From: the human T2T-CHM13v2.0 reference genome, Homo sapiens
Reading direction: 5' to 3' (one strand)
Assembly (NCBI RefSeq): GCF_009914755.1
Contig: NC_060925.1
DNA length: 64,000 bases
In this document: one piece after another, positions 1-14,820 of the stretch
Layout: each line of letters opens with the position of its first letter
How positions within the stretch are numbered: position 1 is the stretch's first letter
Notes under the pieces: generated by a model
Told to the model about the DNA's origin: nothing
What the model saw: only the letters and a program-made list of their open reading frames with translations
Database searches by the model: none
Position numbers and translations under genes: made by a program

Positions 1-176
1 GAGAGAGGGCAAGCTCTCTGGTGTTTTCTCTTTTCAGGGTACTAATCAGGAAGGCCCCACACTCTTGACCTCATCTAAACCTAGTTATCTCCCAAAGGCC
101 CCATCTCCAAATACCATCATATTAGAGATTAGGCTTCAACATTTGATTTTGGGGGGACACGATTCAGTCCAAAGCA
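1..176 (-). mobile_element. MaLR LTR (MLT1A-like), truncated by the window edge
   Basis: Minus strand begins TGCTTTGGACTGAATCGTGTCCCCCCAAAATC..TGTTGAAGCCTAAT..GATGGTATTTGGAGATGGGGCCTTTGGGAG, a typical MLT1A 5' end. Confidence 0.8.
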
Positions 177-1263
177 GGTGCCCTTCCTCAAGACAGTTTA
201 TGTCCATCTGTAGGCAATTTGTCATAATAAACTAATTTTAACAGAACAGGGTGTTCCACTGTTATCTGCCAGAAAATGGTTGTAATAAATACTTAAATCT
301 GCAAATTGTACCATGTGAATGCTCCTCTGGAGTTACACAGTAAGCAACCTGAACAATTATTCACCGTAGTCCAGGTTAATCCTTCCTTGTCCTCAACTGA
401 CAATTTTTATGTATGGTAAGGAAAATAAATGCTTCAAAAATCTGTTAAATCAGAAATCAGAGGTTTAGATAAGTAAACTATTTACTCCAAAATTATTACA
501 AAGAAAGACCATCTTAATAAGTAAAGAATGTAGTATATGGTTTCAATTTGACAAGACACAATAGTGTGTGACTAAAAAACTGGGCTATAAATAGAGCTTT
601 TTGCTAAGTTTGAGTACAGTAATTATTAAGAAAATCCGTTATTTAATAAAAGCAGCTGAGAACCTGTCAGATTCAAAATCACAAGGTTGAAATTGACTAA
701 ATAGGTCCATATGTTTGTAATCCTGTTTCCAGAAAGGACCTTCCTTAAATCGCCCAAAATAAATGAATACCTTGTTAAATACAGATGAACAATTCATACT
801 ATAAAATATCTTCCCTAAATTTAATTTCAATCCATGGTACTTAAAATTTAACTTCGTTTCTCTTGTTCTGTCAATGTCTGAATAAATGTTGCAGCAAATA
901 TGAAGTGCCTAGAATGTGGCAGGAACTCTGTAGATGGCAAAACAAAAATTAATTCATGTAGAACCCTTCTTATTAATGTATTTAGAATACTTTTCAGGCT
1001 TCCTTCTTTTCTGGCAAGTTACACTTTTAACTTTGTACAAGCAAATATGAATCATCAACTAGTTGATTATACAGTCTGAAATTTTCTTCTTCAAATATGA
1101 ATACAGCAGATCATAATCTTAGGTTTCTATTACAACACATACTGCAGACATGCAAGATTTAACAAGAAAGTAGTAACAATGTAAATAGCATTGCTTTCAA
1201 ATCTACAGAAAATGGCTTTCTAAGATTTGTGCCAATCATTCATTTTTAAAAATTGGGAATGCT

Positions 1264-1427
1264 GGCCAGGCGTGGTGGCTCACGCCTATAATCCCAGCAT
1301 TTTGGGAGGCTGAGGCAGGGGAATAGCTTGAATCCTGGATGCAGAGGCTGTGGTGAGTCAAGATCACGTCATTGCACTCCAGCCTGGGCAATAAGAGCGA
1401 AACACCATCTAAAAAAAAAAAAAAAAA
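1264..1427 (+). mobile_element. Monomer-length Alu with AluSp/Sq-type 3' end
   Basis: GGCCAGGCGTGGTGGCTCACGCC...CAATAAGAGCGAAAC, A17 tail, TTGGGAATGC duplicated on both flanks. Confidence 0.9.
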
Positions 1428-2095
1428 GTTGGGAATGCCTAGATTTAATAATTTGAGGAAATTTTTTAAAAAGAAAATGAGCAGTGCCTTTTCATCACCA
1501 TGGGCTCCTTTTACCTATTCTCTTTTTCTTAATTATTTCATATCTTCTAATCTTTTCTCAATATTTTACAATAATTCTTTTTCCATTCAGCTTATCTACA
1601 CATAAAAGTATAACACATAAGAATTTCCCACAATTATCTTTTCTTTCTTTCCTTCAGATTATTTCCTTTGTCATAGATTATTTTAGATATATTAGAGAAC
1701 TTAATGTGTTTGGATTACTTCAAGAATAATTGTACATTGGCCCAATTCTGTATTGACTGGTTTTCTTCAGTTTTATGTAGTCCTACTAAAAGCAGATTTT
1801 TAAATTTTAGTTCTTAACATTTCATGTGCAGAATATTTGTGCTATTTCATGGTAGTTTTATTTTTAATTATGTTGGCGTATTTTGTGTATTTCCAGTTTT
1901 AAAATTGTATAGAAAAAAGGATCCTCAACCACTGCACTATGAGAGTAGGAGGGGTGCTCTTATTTTCCTGGCTCTTCGTCACAGCCTTCCCTCAGGAATG
2001 GAAATCATGGTGGCATAACTGGAGAGCAGCTCATCAGGCACACAAGCTTAGGGAATCCAAGGGAAGAATGCACTGGTTAATTGTGGGTCAGCATA

Positions 2096-2438
2096 GAAAA
2101 GAACATGATCATGTCCTTTGCAGGGACATGGATGGAACTGGAGGCTATTATCCTTAGCAAACAAACTCAGGAACAGAAAACCAAAAGCCACATGTTCTCT
2201 CTTATAAGTGGGAGCTAAATGCTGAGAACACATGGACACGTAGAGAGGAACACACACTGGGGCCTTTAAGAGGGTGGAGGGTGGGAGGAGGCAGAGGATC
2301 AGGAAAAATAACTCATGGGTACTCGACTTAATACCTGGGTGATGAAATAATCTGTACAACAAGCCCTCATGAAACAAGTTTACCTATGCAAAACAAACCT
2401 GTACTTGTACCCCTGAACTTAAAATAAAAGTTAAAAAA
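2096..2438 (+). mobile_element. L1PA (older, L1PA13-16-like) 3' end
   Basis: ATGTCCTTTGCAGGGACATGGATGGAACTGGAGG...GGGTGGAGGGTGGGAGGAGG...AATAAAAGTTAAAAAAA. Confidence 0.9.
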
Positions 2439-2684
2439 AGAAATATGATAATTTTCTTAATTGCATGGAAATGTAGTAAGAACAAAAATTCTTAAAAACG
2501 ACTAAAATTTATACTTCTATAGCAATTAACATAAACATTTTTTAAACCATTCATCAGTTTATTTTCACATACCCCCAAAAGATTCAAAAAGCGTTAGTCA
2601 CACTTAAATGATTTGATTTTTTTAAGTGAATCAAACAACTTTTTTTTTTTTCCTGATTGCATGAACTGACCAGGTGTTTGATGA

Positions 2685-3034
<350 letters not shown>

Positions 3035-3959
3035 TACTAATGCCAACACTTTTGATAAAATGTTGAACTGAGGTTATTATAAACTCACCTTTCAATTTCT
3101 CATTAAATATGAAAGTTCATACTTATTTCCTTGTTTCTTGAAAATATTCTTTCAAACTATGCCAACTCTCTCGAAGTGGAAGAAAAAAGCAAATTTACTT
3201 CCTTGACTTTACCAGATGCCATGTTATTCAAAAGTTGTTTTTCTTTTTGTTTTATTTTGTTTTCAGGGAAAAACCCATCAATCTAAGCAGTGAAAAAATG
3301 GAAAGACTCCATGATGTTTTTTAAGTATAGCTACAACATAAATGAGAGTTATTAATCTGCAGCACACCAATCCAACTCCTAAATTACATAATAAACAGGT
3401 TTTCTGTCACATATAGCCTCTTCTCTTTGTTAACACCATTATAATACTGCTAATATCTATAACTTGGAAAACGAGGCATACAAGGTTAGGATGTCTCTGA
3501 TAAACAAAAAAGCTTTTAAGATGGGGCCTTCATTGTTTGTGAAGAGCTAATCATTCAACAATTAAATGTTTGACAAGTTTGACAACCTAAAACTAGACAA
3601 CGAAATTGCTGCTTAAAATAATAGAAAACATCCTTTTAGGGGAAATTGGTAAACCTCTTCTAGGGGAAATAAGACCCATTTTCATGTCAGCTGAGTTTTA
3701 AGTTGCCATTAAAGTGATAATATAAAGGGAAAATAAACGGATTTTGATTACATATTTAACGTTAATTCAAGTGCCTCTTGATATCTCCCCAAATTAGTTT
3801 GTTAAAAATAAAATTGCCTGTTGACAATCTATTTTTATAAACATTTAGGTTATCTGTAACTTAATTGTAGTTTTTACTTAAGCCATAACAAATAGTGTTT
3901 GTAGTACAAATGTCATTTATATCCCAAAATTTACTTAGATTTAAAAATATTTTTTACCG

Positions 3960-4660
3960 ATTTATTTGCTGTTTCTTCCTGAATCATATTCCTTCTTTCT
4001 TGATTTATTTATTTCTTAATGAAATATGTCCTTTAGTATTTTTTCAAGTGAAAGTAGGAAATTCTGTGTCATTGTGCATCTTTAAACTTCTTTATTCCAC
4101 CTTCTCTCTTAAATGTTTAACTTTTCACTGAGATTTATCTTGTCAGCACATTGAAGTTACTCCTTCATTCTCTTTTGGTCTTTCCTAATGCTGATGAGGT
4201 CTTCTATCCACCTGATTGTTCCTTTGTAAATTACCTTTTATCTCTATTTGATTTCAAAATTCTCTCTTTGTCCTTGATGTTCTGCAATTCCACTACAAAG
4301 TGACTAGGTATAATTTGGGGGTTTTTGTCTATTTAAATTTTCAAAATAATTACTCATTGCTTTCTTCAGTTTTCAAGAAAGGTTTCAGCCATCATTTCAA
4401 ATATTTCCTCTTCCCTATCAATAATATTATTTGTTACTGGAATTATTAGACATATGCCAGGGCTTCTTGATATTTTTTTCCATGCCTTTTAAATTTCCTT
4501 TAATATTTTTCTTTTCTTTTTCTCTCTCTGTTGCATTTTTGTATGCTTTGATCTACCTATTCACTTATTTTTCTCTTCATCTACATCTAGTCTACATACT
4601 CTCTATTATTGTTTTATTTCAATTATTTGTGATTTTATTTGACTGAAATCTCTTTTTGGC
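3960..4660 (-). mobile_element. Old L1 (L1ME-like) fragment
   Basis: T-rich antisense L1 phrases such as TCTCTTTGTCCTTGATGTTCTGCAATTCCACTAC and TTTCAGCCATCATTTC. Confidence 0.55.
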
Positions 4661-6059
4661 TTACACTAGTGGGAGCAGGGAACACAGGATTCTATAGTGT
4701 TCTGAAGAGATAATGCTATAAGTGATTCGAAAGAGCAAATGCCTCTGATAAGACTGTAAGATGCACGAGAGAAAGGATGTTTCATTATCTAGGTAGCCCT
4801 ACTACCCAGTAAACAGCCTGGAAAATAGTATGTTCTCAATAAATGTTTACAGTAATGGATTAAATATAAACCAAGTAAATGTTAAACTTCACAACGATAT
4901 ACCTTAATATTAATATGTTGTCTTTAGTAATTGTCAGTAGTTCAAGTACAGTAATTCTCAAACCAGAGATATTAAAAATCACCTCCGGAGAACACTAAAG
5001 TGTAGATCCATAGGTCCCACCATAGAGTTTCTGATTAATTAGGTCTGAGATCTAAATATCCGTATTTTCACAACATGTGAAGTCACATAAACTATAAATT
5101 TTGATTCTGAGAGCCAAAGAAGTACCTTGAAAGAAATACTGTCTGAGTGCAATCAGATTTAGAAATGGCAATGATAGAAAGGTAAAGCAAAGATTCCTCT
5201 ACATGACTTGGTCAGCAGATGGGACAGGAAGAGACTGACAGGAAGGAAAAGCTATGGAATGAAGGAGCAAAAGTTAAATAATAGGAGGGAAGTTTGAGAA
5301 GTTCTGATGCTGTCTTGGAATCCTCCTGTTCTAAAACAAAGCTACCTTGTTTTAAAAATACACAAGTAATAAATATTTAGTCATTTGCTCTAGTAAATTA
5401 TATGCATTTTGCAGCATATACTTTTTTAACTTCTTCACATGGGTTCTTTTACTAATTAAAGCTAATTGGAAATAGGTAGAAAAGGTTAATATTGGGTCTG
5501 TTTCCTTGTGGATCTATTTTTTAAGATTTGCATTTAATTCTGTGGGATGATAGAATGATAATGTAATGTAATTTAGCTTAATATCTATTTTGTGTTAGAT
5601 GACAGTTTTATTAAGCAGAACCAATAATCATCGTTATTCAGAGTCATAATGGCCCATTATAAATGGTCTCATTTTCCCTAATTTTAATTTTACCTCTTAG
5701 AGTATGCCTAGAATTGTTAAAATGGTTACGCTTGGTTTCTTTCATAAATATCATTTTAACAATCAGTATGGAAACATAAGTCATCTAGTAGTTAAGTCCC
5801 ACTATTCTACAGATTTGATACAAAACTATTTTAGTATCTTGGTTTCTCTTAATTAAACTTTCAGACTAACAAATTTCAGGAAATTAAATTACCATCCTTT
5901 ATGTATCAGAGCCTTAACATCGAGATGAATAGGCTTTTGTTTCTGGGATACCACCTTTCTGACTCTTGTGTTTCTTAGGATAGTGATGAACAGAGTAGAC
6001 AAAAGAAGGACTTGTCCCCAACAGGCTGCAGAATAATTAGATTCACAATTCTCTCTTAA

Positions 6060-6410
<351 letters not shown>

Positions 6411-6754
6411 TTATCAGGCATTTTTTTCTTAAGGTGAATAAATTTAGGGAACAGTCAGATTATTTTCTGTCCCAACAATTGCAACAAGAGACGGGAATTT
6501 ATAGAAGGGAGTAAATGGAGTTATTTGGGTCATAAATACATCAGTGGAGAGAGGGCCTTAGAAGTTCCCTCATTTTAAGGCTCTTTTGAGTGACATCAAA
6601 TATCTGTTTAAGGTTGCACAGTTTATTGAGCATTCTCACTTACATCCTTTCATATAGGCCTACACCATTCCTTTCAGGGGAAGATCACTATTATTCTAAA
6701 CTTACACCGAGAGGACTAAGTGTAGAGAAATTAACTCACATCCAAGCCAGTTAC

Positions 6755-6839
6755 CTGGTTTGAGTGGAGGCAAAGCGTAAGCTTTTTTCACAACATCAGA
6801 GTTTTTACAGTCAGAACACATCCCAGAGGCTTTGGATGC
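6755..6839 (-). other. MIR137HG: MIR137HG distal internal exon (85 bp)
   Basis: Branch-like tttgac, then ccttttgcctcttttcccag|GCA acceptor at 6840/6839; donor CCAG|gtaact at 6755/6754. Confidence 0.7.
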
Positions 6840-9800
6840 CTGGGAAAAGAGGCAAAAGGTCAAACAAGTTCAAAAAATGGAGGTTGAAGGTCATCTCAAA
6901 TACAAACTTTACCAGCTTTATATTATTGTCCAGGGACCAGCATGCAACAATTGCTTAGAATTCAAGGAAAGTCAACTCCTTTCAGCTTCTGTCATGGGCA
7001 CTATAGGTGGCTCCTGTTGCTTTTGAGTAATAATTCTATTTCATCTATACATGATTAAATAGAACTCTCTTCTATAAAATTTGTGCCTGGATGAACCAAA
7101 GATGCATTTTCAAGCATTCAAGAATATGCAGGAAAAAATCAGATCCACTCATGGATACGAACGTGAATTATAACCTATGATGCTATTATGTAATTTGATA
7201 TTTTACTTTACACCATTCAATTATTTATTCAATAAGTAATCAGTAAGTGCCAGAACTGTGTTATGCACTGATATCACTGAGAAAAAATATATAGTCTCTG
7301 CCCATATAAAGCTCATACTCTGGTTGGGCAAGAAAGCATTGACAATACAACATGGTCAATAAGATAGAATTTTTAGTAGGCCATGGGAATGTGGAAGAAA
7401 AGACTTTAAGGCAACCTTTCGTTATCTTTTGAAATGATTGTTTCACCATGATTCATTTACATGCATGCATATCAGTGATTGAAAGTATCTATGTATGTAT
7501 GCAGCTGTACTCGCACACTTTTTAAAATAACATTCCCAAGTTGTTTAAACAGAGAATCCCCATAAAGAATAGTAAATTAGAAGTGCTTTGATTGGCCTTG
7601 GAGTATGTAGTTTAACTTCATAGATATTGGACTATCTTTAATATAGGGATCATGATAAGCCACGCTGAGAATCGCATTTAAAAAGTCTTGGATAAATTAA
7701 TGAAAGAAATACTTTAATTTTTAACCCAATAGATGTTTACTTTCTGGGTTATAACCATCTCTTAAAACCTTAGCATGACTGGAAAGCTGTAACTACCCAT
7801 GAATTCTGCCAGTTTAGTAAAGTCTTTAAGATAAAGCTAAAATAACTGAGAAAATAGAATATTTCTGACAATATGTTCTGAATATATAAAGCTCTTGGTC
7901 AAAAATCATGGTCATATAAAAATCCATGTTCTGCCCCTTGAGTTTTTAGGTCAAGTATTTATACCCATTTATTAATATAAATAATACAAATTACATAAAT
8001 TCTAGCCAAGCTGTTTGGTTATATTTTTGTTATCTTTATTTTAAATAAAAAAGATCATGGACTTAAGAGTAAGTCTTTGCAACCAAATTCAATCTTTGCC
8101 ATCTTTGACGCCGGACAAATTTTTACTCCAAGATTTAATTTGTTATCTAGAAAATAAAGAAAATACTACCACATAGTTCTACTGTTAGAACTGAGTCCAA
8201 CATGAGGAGTGGTATAGTACCTGACACAGCATAACTTCAACATCATTGATAGTTCCTCTTCATGATTGACTACAAAGCCTATGCTAGGTCATGCTTTCGT
8301 CATTTAAAAGCATTAAACACTAAAAAACATCTTTTCACGACATTCCACCAGAGGCATTGAGTCAAAAAGCTTAATGATTTCTATTCAACTTACTTATCTT
8401 GTGGGGAAATCAAACTCACCTGCCAGCAATTGGGCTGGTCCATGTGAAGAGACCACTCAAAATATTACGTGGATTGTGTTTTTCCATGAAGAGTTGAGAC
8501 TGACCACGCATTTTTACATATTTTCTCATAGTTATAGTACTGAGTGATGTCTCACATTCTATTTGTAATGCACATGCTGGAGTCAGTACATTAAGCAGGA
8601 ATTGGGGACGTTTTCTCAAATTCATTAAATTATAAAAGCATCTGATGTTAAAAATTGATTAAATATAGATTCATGGATATCACATGGATAGCTTAGATTA
8701 GTTTGTCAGAGATTGGTGTCGATATATCAGGCCTGAGATTCACTCTCCCCCATTCACCAATTACAATCTAATTGGTTTTTCACTCACTGGGTTTTTTGTT
8801 TTGTTTTGTTTTAGGCTCACTGACTGACTGCAGCTGTAACTTCAACTTGCCAATGTACACCATTGCTCACAAGAGGACCAGCTGAGAGTGTGAATGAATT
8901 TATTGCCAGCCTTTTCCTACTCCTAAAACAAAGCAATTCTGTAGATTTGTTACTGATGAGTCATAGCACCATCTTCATATACAAATAACAACATTTCATA
9001 TGGCACTATTTTCAATGTAAATGATAGCAGAGATCATGAGGAGATAGTACAAATTATCTTGGGCCATTGTCTTATTTATAGATTAAAGTACAATTATGTT
9101 TTTCACTGATTTACCTTCTGACATCTTAGTTAATTAAGTTACTTGTTTCTTTTATGTTCATTCTCCCCTTAGATCTGGCACGACTATTCTTTTCTTTAAT
9201 ATTCTTTCCCTTGTTAAATTGTTAATTTTTTCTGAGGGGCAGAATACCTTTTTATCATTATTTTGAGAATGCTAAGTATTTACATAATTATCCTTCAGAG
9301 AACATTGGAAGACAATACTGTTGAACAAATGGATAAATATTAGAAAAGGATTACTGGATAATTCTGTCATTTCTGGAAGCCTCAGTGATTGATTTATTCT
9401 CTTTTTACCTTAACATATTTTTCCTCTAGGTTACTATTTTTTTCCTGACAGGTTTTCAAGCTTATAATTGGTCATTTTCTCTGTTTAAAAAAATATTCTG
9501 GGAGTGCGCAAGCGCTCAGAAAAATATTATCTATTAGCAAACTCATTAATTTAAGAACCTATTAATAAATTTGCTCATTCATTTAGAATGAAAAATATCT
9601 AATACAGTATTTATATTTATATTTATTTTTTATATTTATATTTACATTTATTTTATATTTTATATTTATGGCTTTTAGTCAATATATAACTTCAAAAGAG
9701 AATTTCAAATCAAATCTTATGCCAGTCCAAAAATCAAATAACTGATATAAACAAAAGAGTATAGGCCCAACACAAAACAGTAAGACAGAGATAATTTGTT

Positions 9801-12346
9801 AGTTTAGTTAGGTAGTCGATTAGTCATCTATCATACAATTACTGAAAGTCTACTTTGTGCCAGGAATTTCTTCAGATACAAAGATGAATAAGTCATAGTA
9901 CATCCCCTCCAAAAACACCTATTCTAGCAAGAAAGGTGCTACGTAAATGCAGAAAAGAATATCAACAATACAATGTGGTCAGATCTATTATAGAGGTATG
10001 TAGAGTCACTGAGAGACCATCTAGCCTAATGGATAATACAATCTGGCAGACAATGTATGCTATTTCTGTTTTGATTTGGAATGCATTCTAATTGTTGCCA
10101 AGCAATTTTGTTTTATTAACTTTTGTGTTAAATTGGCTAATATTTAAATTACTTTAATTCCTCATATACATACAATTAAGAGGTAGAATGAATGATACAC
10201 TTTGATGAATGAAAGGGTCACATAAGATTAACATTTGTAAAAAATTAATTTGAAAAATAGAATTCAATCCTAAAATGGAACAGTGACTGCAAAACTAGTG
10301 ACTGCAAACTTAGAACCATGTTCCTGGAAACTTAGTAGCATAAGCCTGGCATTGACAATCTGATTCATGGTTCTCTTACTATCTACTCACATTGCTCCTT
10401 TAGGGGAAATTTGACAATGATGTCTGGAAAATGTATTGCTACTTTCAAAGATTCTTGCTAACATTTGAGCAAAGTGGAAAGCAGTTCTGGCATTTTGGAT
10501 AAATGTTCCCCAAATCTTCCTTGCCAGATATTTCATTAAGTAGGAAACCTCACTAGGGTAATATGGGAAAGCAATTTAAATAGAAGTTTGGTTCACAACA
10601 TGATGCTTTTTGTAAATAATATTCTGGGAGGTCTTCTGTGTTTTTGATTAATTTAATTTTAATTTTACTGTTGAAGTTGCGTGCCTCGTCCTGTCTTTTG
10701 TGGCCAATAATATCTCCCTGCCACCTGTAACTCATTTTCAAAAAGAAACTGTAAGTAAGTATATGAAAACATCCCATAATTTACATGAGACTTCAATAAA
10801 TTACTGTTATTTCTAAAAGGATTACTTATTCATTATGTTCCCACAAAAATATTCTCTAAAACCCCCTCTCTAATTTGATGGTGCATTTTAATAGCAATAT
10901 TATAGCCTTTCTTTTAAATACTATATTATTATAATTGTCCCTCTGTAATTCTAATTCTTTTGCTAAAAGTGGACCCCTAAGAGCAGGAATTGTGTCTTAT
11001 TCATTGTGTACATCTTTGTATCTCTAACTCAGCACCAAACAAATACATGTGCTTGATTAATATTTTTGGAGAAGTGAATGGGATGACTGACCAATGTTTG
11101 ATACTTGCTGACGTCTACTTATTTTCTAGTAAATATATATTTCAATCTAATTGTCTTAGTTTAATATCCTCATTTGTTGAAACTGGATGAAAAGGATCTT
11201 GAGTAATTCTTCTCTCTATCTCACTTGCCTTTGTTCTGGTGCATATTTTCATTCTTTCTTGGTTGGACAACAGAAATAGCCTTCTTACTAGCTACTTGAC
11301 TTAAGAATCACCACCTCACTATGCCTGACATCACTCCCAAGTGATCTTTCCAGACTCAAATCTGCTTATGTCACACTCATTCTCAGAATTCTTCCATGCC
11401 TGCCCTGCCTTCCACTGTGAATCTACATTCCAATGTTATTTTGCATAGACATAGTACCATATGTTTGACAGGTCTCCCCATCTTTTCATTTCTGTCCCCC
11501 AAGTATCTTGGATAGTGTTCATTAAATAAGCTGAATAAATGCTGTTTGATTGAACGAAGGAAGGTGGCTCCAGTAGCCCACTTGTACCAAAGTATGTGCA
11601 GGAGAATTAGTTCATAGAAATTTCCATCGGAGCTCTCTGAAAATGGAGATGGGTACTGTAGAAAAGCATTTCTCACAGATGATGCCTGTGCATAAAAATT
11701 ACCTGAGATGTGTTTTTAAAATAAAAGATTTTTGGAGTCAGAATTTCCAAAGTAAGACATGGGAATCTTTATTTTCTAAAGCAATTGCTATAATTTGTTC
11801 AGGGAGATTTGGGAAAGAGCTCTTAGAATAGTAGTTAATATTTGGAGGCTAGATGGCTACTCAGTGTGGGAGGCTGAACTATGTGACCCTAAATTCCCTT
11901 CCATGAAGTTTTGGGTGCTATGATTCTAGTGGAGGTCATAGTATATAAATGTGTAGAAGCAGGTGAGTGCTTTGAGACGTAACTAGTGCAGATAGGAGGG
12001 ATTTGGGGGTAAATGACTGAGTCCAAGTGTCATCAGATCTAGAGAGTTATGACCAATTTTCAAGGATTCTAATAAAAATCTTGCTCTAATCCCCGAGTTT
12101 AATCTTTTAACAACTATTTACTGAATGCCTACTATGTGTCAGGTACAGTTCTAGGTGTTGGGGATATAGCAATGGCAAAACACACATACTCTCTGCTTTT
12201 GTTCAATTGGTTTGTCTAGACTCACCACACTTGTCTCTAGGACTCTCCCGTGGTTAAGAGTTATTTTCATAGCCACTTGATTCTTACGCTAACTGAAAAT
12301 GATCATCCTCAAAGTCCCATCGTTATCCTTGTTAAAAAATAAGTGT

Positions 12347-12561
12347 CAGCCTGGGCAACATAGGAAGACCTCATCTCTAGGAAAAATAAAAATTTTAGCT
12401 GGATACATGCTGGCACATGCCTGTAGCCCCAGCTACTCAGGGGGCTGAGGCAGGAAGATCACTTGAGCCCAGGAGTTCGAGGTTACAGTGAGCTATGATT
12501 GTGCCACTGCACTTCAGTCTGGGAAACAGAGCAAGACCCTGTCTCAAAAGAAAAGAAAAAA
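12347..12561 (+). mobile_element. 5'-truncated AluJ
   Basis: CAGCCTGGGCAACATAG...GAGCCCAGGAGTTCGAGGTTACAGTGAGCTATGAT; AAGTGTC repeated on both flanks. Confidence 0.9.
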
Positions 12562-12849
12562 GTGTCTGAGATTTTCAGTCTGGCTGGAAACTCCAAAAGT
12601 ATCCTATGTCCTCTGAGGGTGTAATAGGTGAGTTCAGATTATCAGACACTACTTCTTATCTTGTGAGATCTATATATGTCATTGGCCAAGGTTCATTCCA
12701 GATCTAGCCTTGAGTCTCTGACCTAAATGTCCCCATCATTTTAAGTACAATGACATGTTATTTCTTATTTTCATCTTTTGAACTGGGCATTTTTGTGCTC
12801 ATCTTGAGAAACCCACACATATTTCAAGCTCTGAAGGTAAGATGGTCAA

Positions 12850-13070
12850 GTGGGGATAATTGTGGGCTTTGGAAACCAGATTAACTAAATTTTGGCTCCA
12901 CTTACTAACTATTGAACCATGAATAAATTACTTAACCTACCCGAGACTCAATTTTATCAGCTGTAAAATTGGGATAATAGTCCCTATTTCACAGGTTGTG
13001 AAATTAAATGAGATATAAGACAGTGTTATATATTATAGTGCCTGGTATTTAATACTTACACATTAAAATT
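12850..13070 (+). mobile_element. MIR SINE
   Basis: Core TTACTTAACCT..CTCAATTTTATCAGCTGTAAAATTGGGATAAT..AAATGAGAT..GTGCCTGG. Confidence 0.7.
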
Positions 13071-14479
13071 ACTGTGTAATTTATCTGCATAAAACAGCAC
13101 ACTAAGAGAGAGAGTTCTGAGGTAACTAAGATAACTTACAAATATGCACTTATGGTAATAGAGAAGTTTTTTTTAAACTTTGTTAACTTTTCAGAACACC
13201 TAATATTTTTATGAAATGTGGTGAGTGAAAATGATGACCCCAAGAAAGGCAACGTTTTCCACTACTACTTTTTATACAAAAATCCTTCATCATAGTCAAG
13301 AATTAGATTTCTTGATATTTCATTTCTATATAAAACTATTCCCATTTTAAAGAACAGATTTTGTACATACATACAATAAAATTGCCACATTTTCATAAGA
13401 AAATTCATTCAAAGACAAAGTCTACTAAATTAAATCCAAGGACAGGACAAGACCATATTGAAATAAGTTACATTTAAAAATAGAACTTTGCACATGCAAA
13501 AACTGAAAACAAAATAATAAGCATGTGTGTTAGGTTTTTTTGTTTTTTATTCTGTTTTTTCTTTTCAGTAAAAAAGTTTTATAAGTGTGAATGCATTAGA
13601 AAACTGAAGAATTTTCAAGAGCCAAGAATGTCATGGTGATTTCTGTGAACTTATTTCTAAGGACTACAAGAAACACACTGGTTGCTAAATGTGAATTAGG
13701 AAACATGAACTCTTGCATACACAACAACCCCAAAGAAAAGCAAAAGAAAAGACTATCTTAATTTTGGGTCCAAATTCCACCCATACCTATAGTTGCAAAA
13801 TAAAACAGAGAAAAATGGCCTTTATTAGCAGTGGCTTAAATGTCCATGGGGTGGTGCAATTGACTTTTAAAAATAGAAAGCCAGGCTATCAAAATAAATA
13901 TCCTTTTTCTCTTATTTATTGGAGTGAGGGATATTTTCACTAATCACTGTGCTATAAATTTAAGAGACTTAGAGCATTTTACAGTTTCTTTTATTCGTCA
14001 CCTTTCCCTGGGATCCTTGGAAGATGACTTTATCAAACACAAACATATTTTTTAAACTGGTAGATTAAAAAGAGAAGTTATTTCTTTTGCTTCCAGGGGT
14101 TTTATGAGCCCCACATTTATGTATTTATCACTGTAATTTGGATAATTCCCAACACTACCATCAACACCACCATCCACCATGTATATTGTACAGTAGGATT
14201 TCTTAAATATTTCCATATTATGGCACTCATTGAAAATAGTATTTGTGTACACGCTGGGGTAAAAGAGAAGGGTTTGTCCAGCAGACATTGGAAGCAAAAG
14301 GCTGGGCCCCACGCCTAAGCTCTGAGAGCTGCAGGAATCACTATTGTTGGCAAACCTGCAGCCTGTTTGGAAACACTGGGGTATATTAGCATGCCAATTG
14401 GAAAGCTCTGTGTTTGATTTCAAATAATGCATATTAGTAGTAAAGAGAGAATAATACCCTTCATCCCATCCCAAAAAGA

Positions 14480-14820
14480 AGGCTGACAATACCAAGTGTT
14501 AGAGACAATGTGGATAAATCATTCTACTACACATTGTTAGAGGTAAATTGACACAAGTGTTTTCAAAAATAATTCAATATTATCTTGTAAAGCTGAATTT
14601 TCATGCATTCTACAATCCAGAAATTCCTCCTCAAGATATGTGCATATGTGTGTGTATGTGTATACATGTGTATGTATAAGAAGACATGCACCAGAAGATA
14701 TGTACAATAATATTTTTAGCAGTACTACTTGTAATAGCAAAATAATGCCAACTCTAATTCTCATTGACAGGAAAATGGACAAGTAAATTGTGATATATTT
14801 GCACACACACGCACACACAC
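14480..14820 (+). mobile_element. Old L1M fragment
   Basis: GACAATACCAAGTGTT..CCAGAAATTCC..TAATAGCAAAA..AAATTGTGATATATT. Confidence 0.6.
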
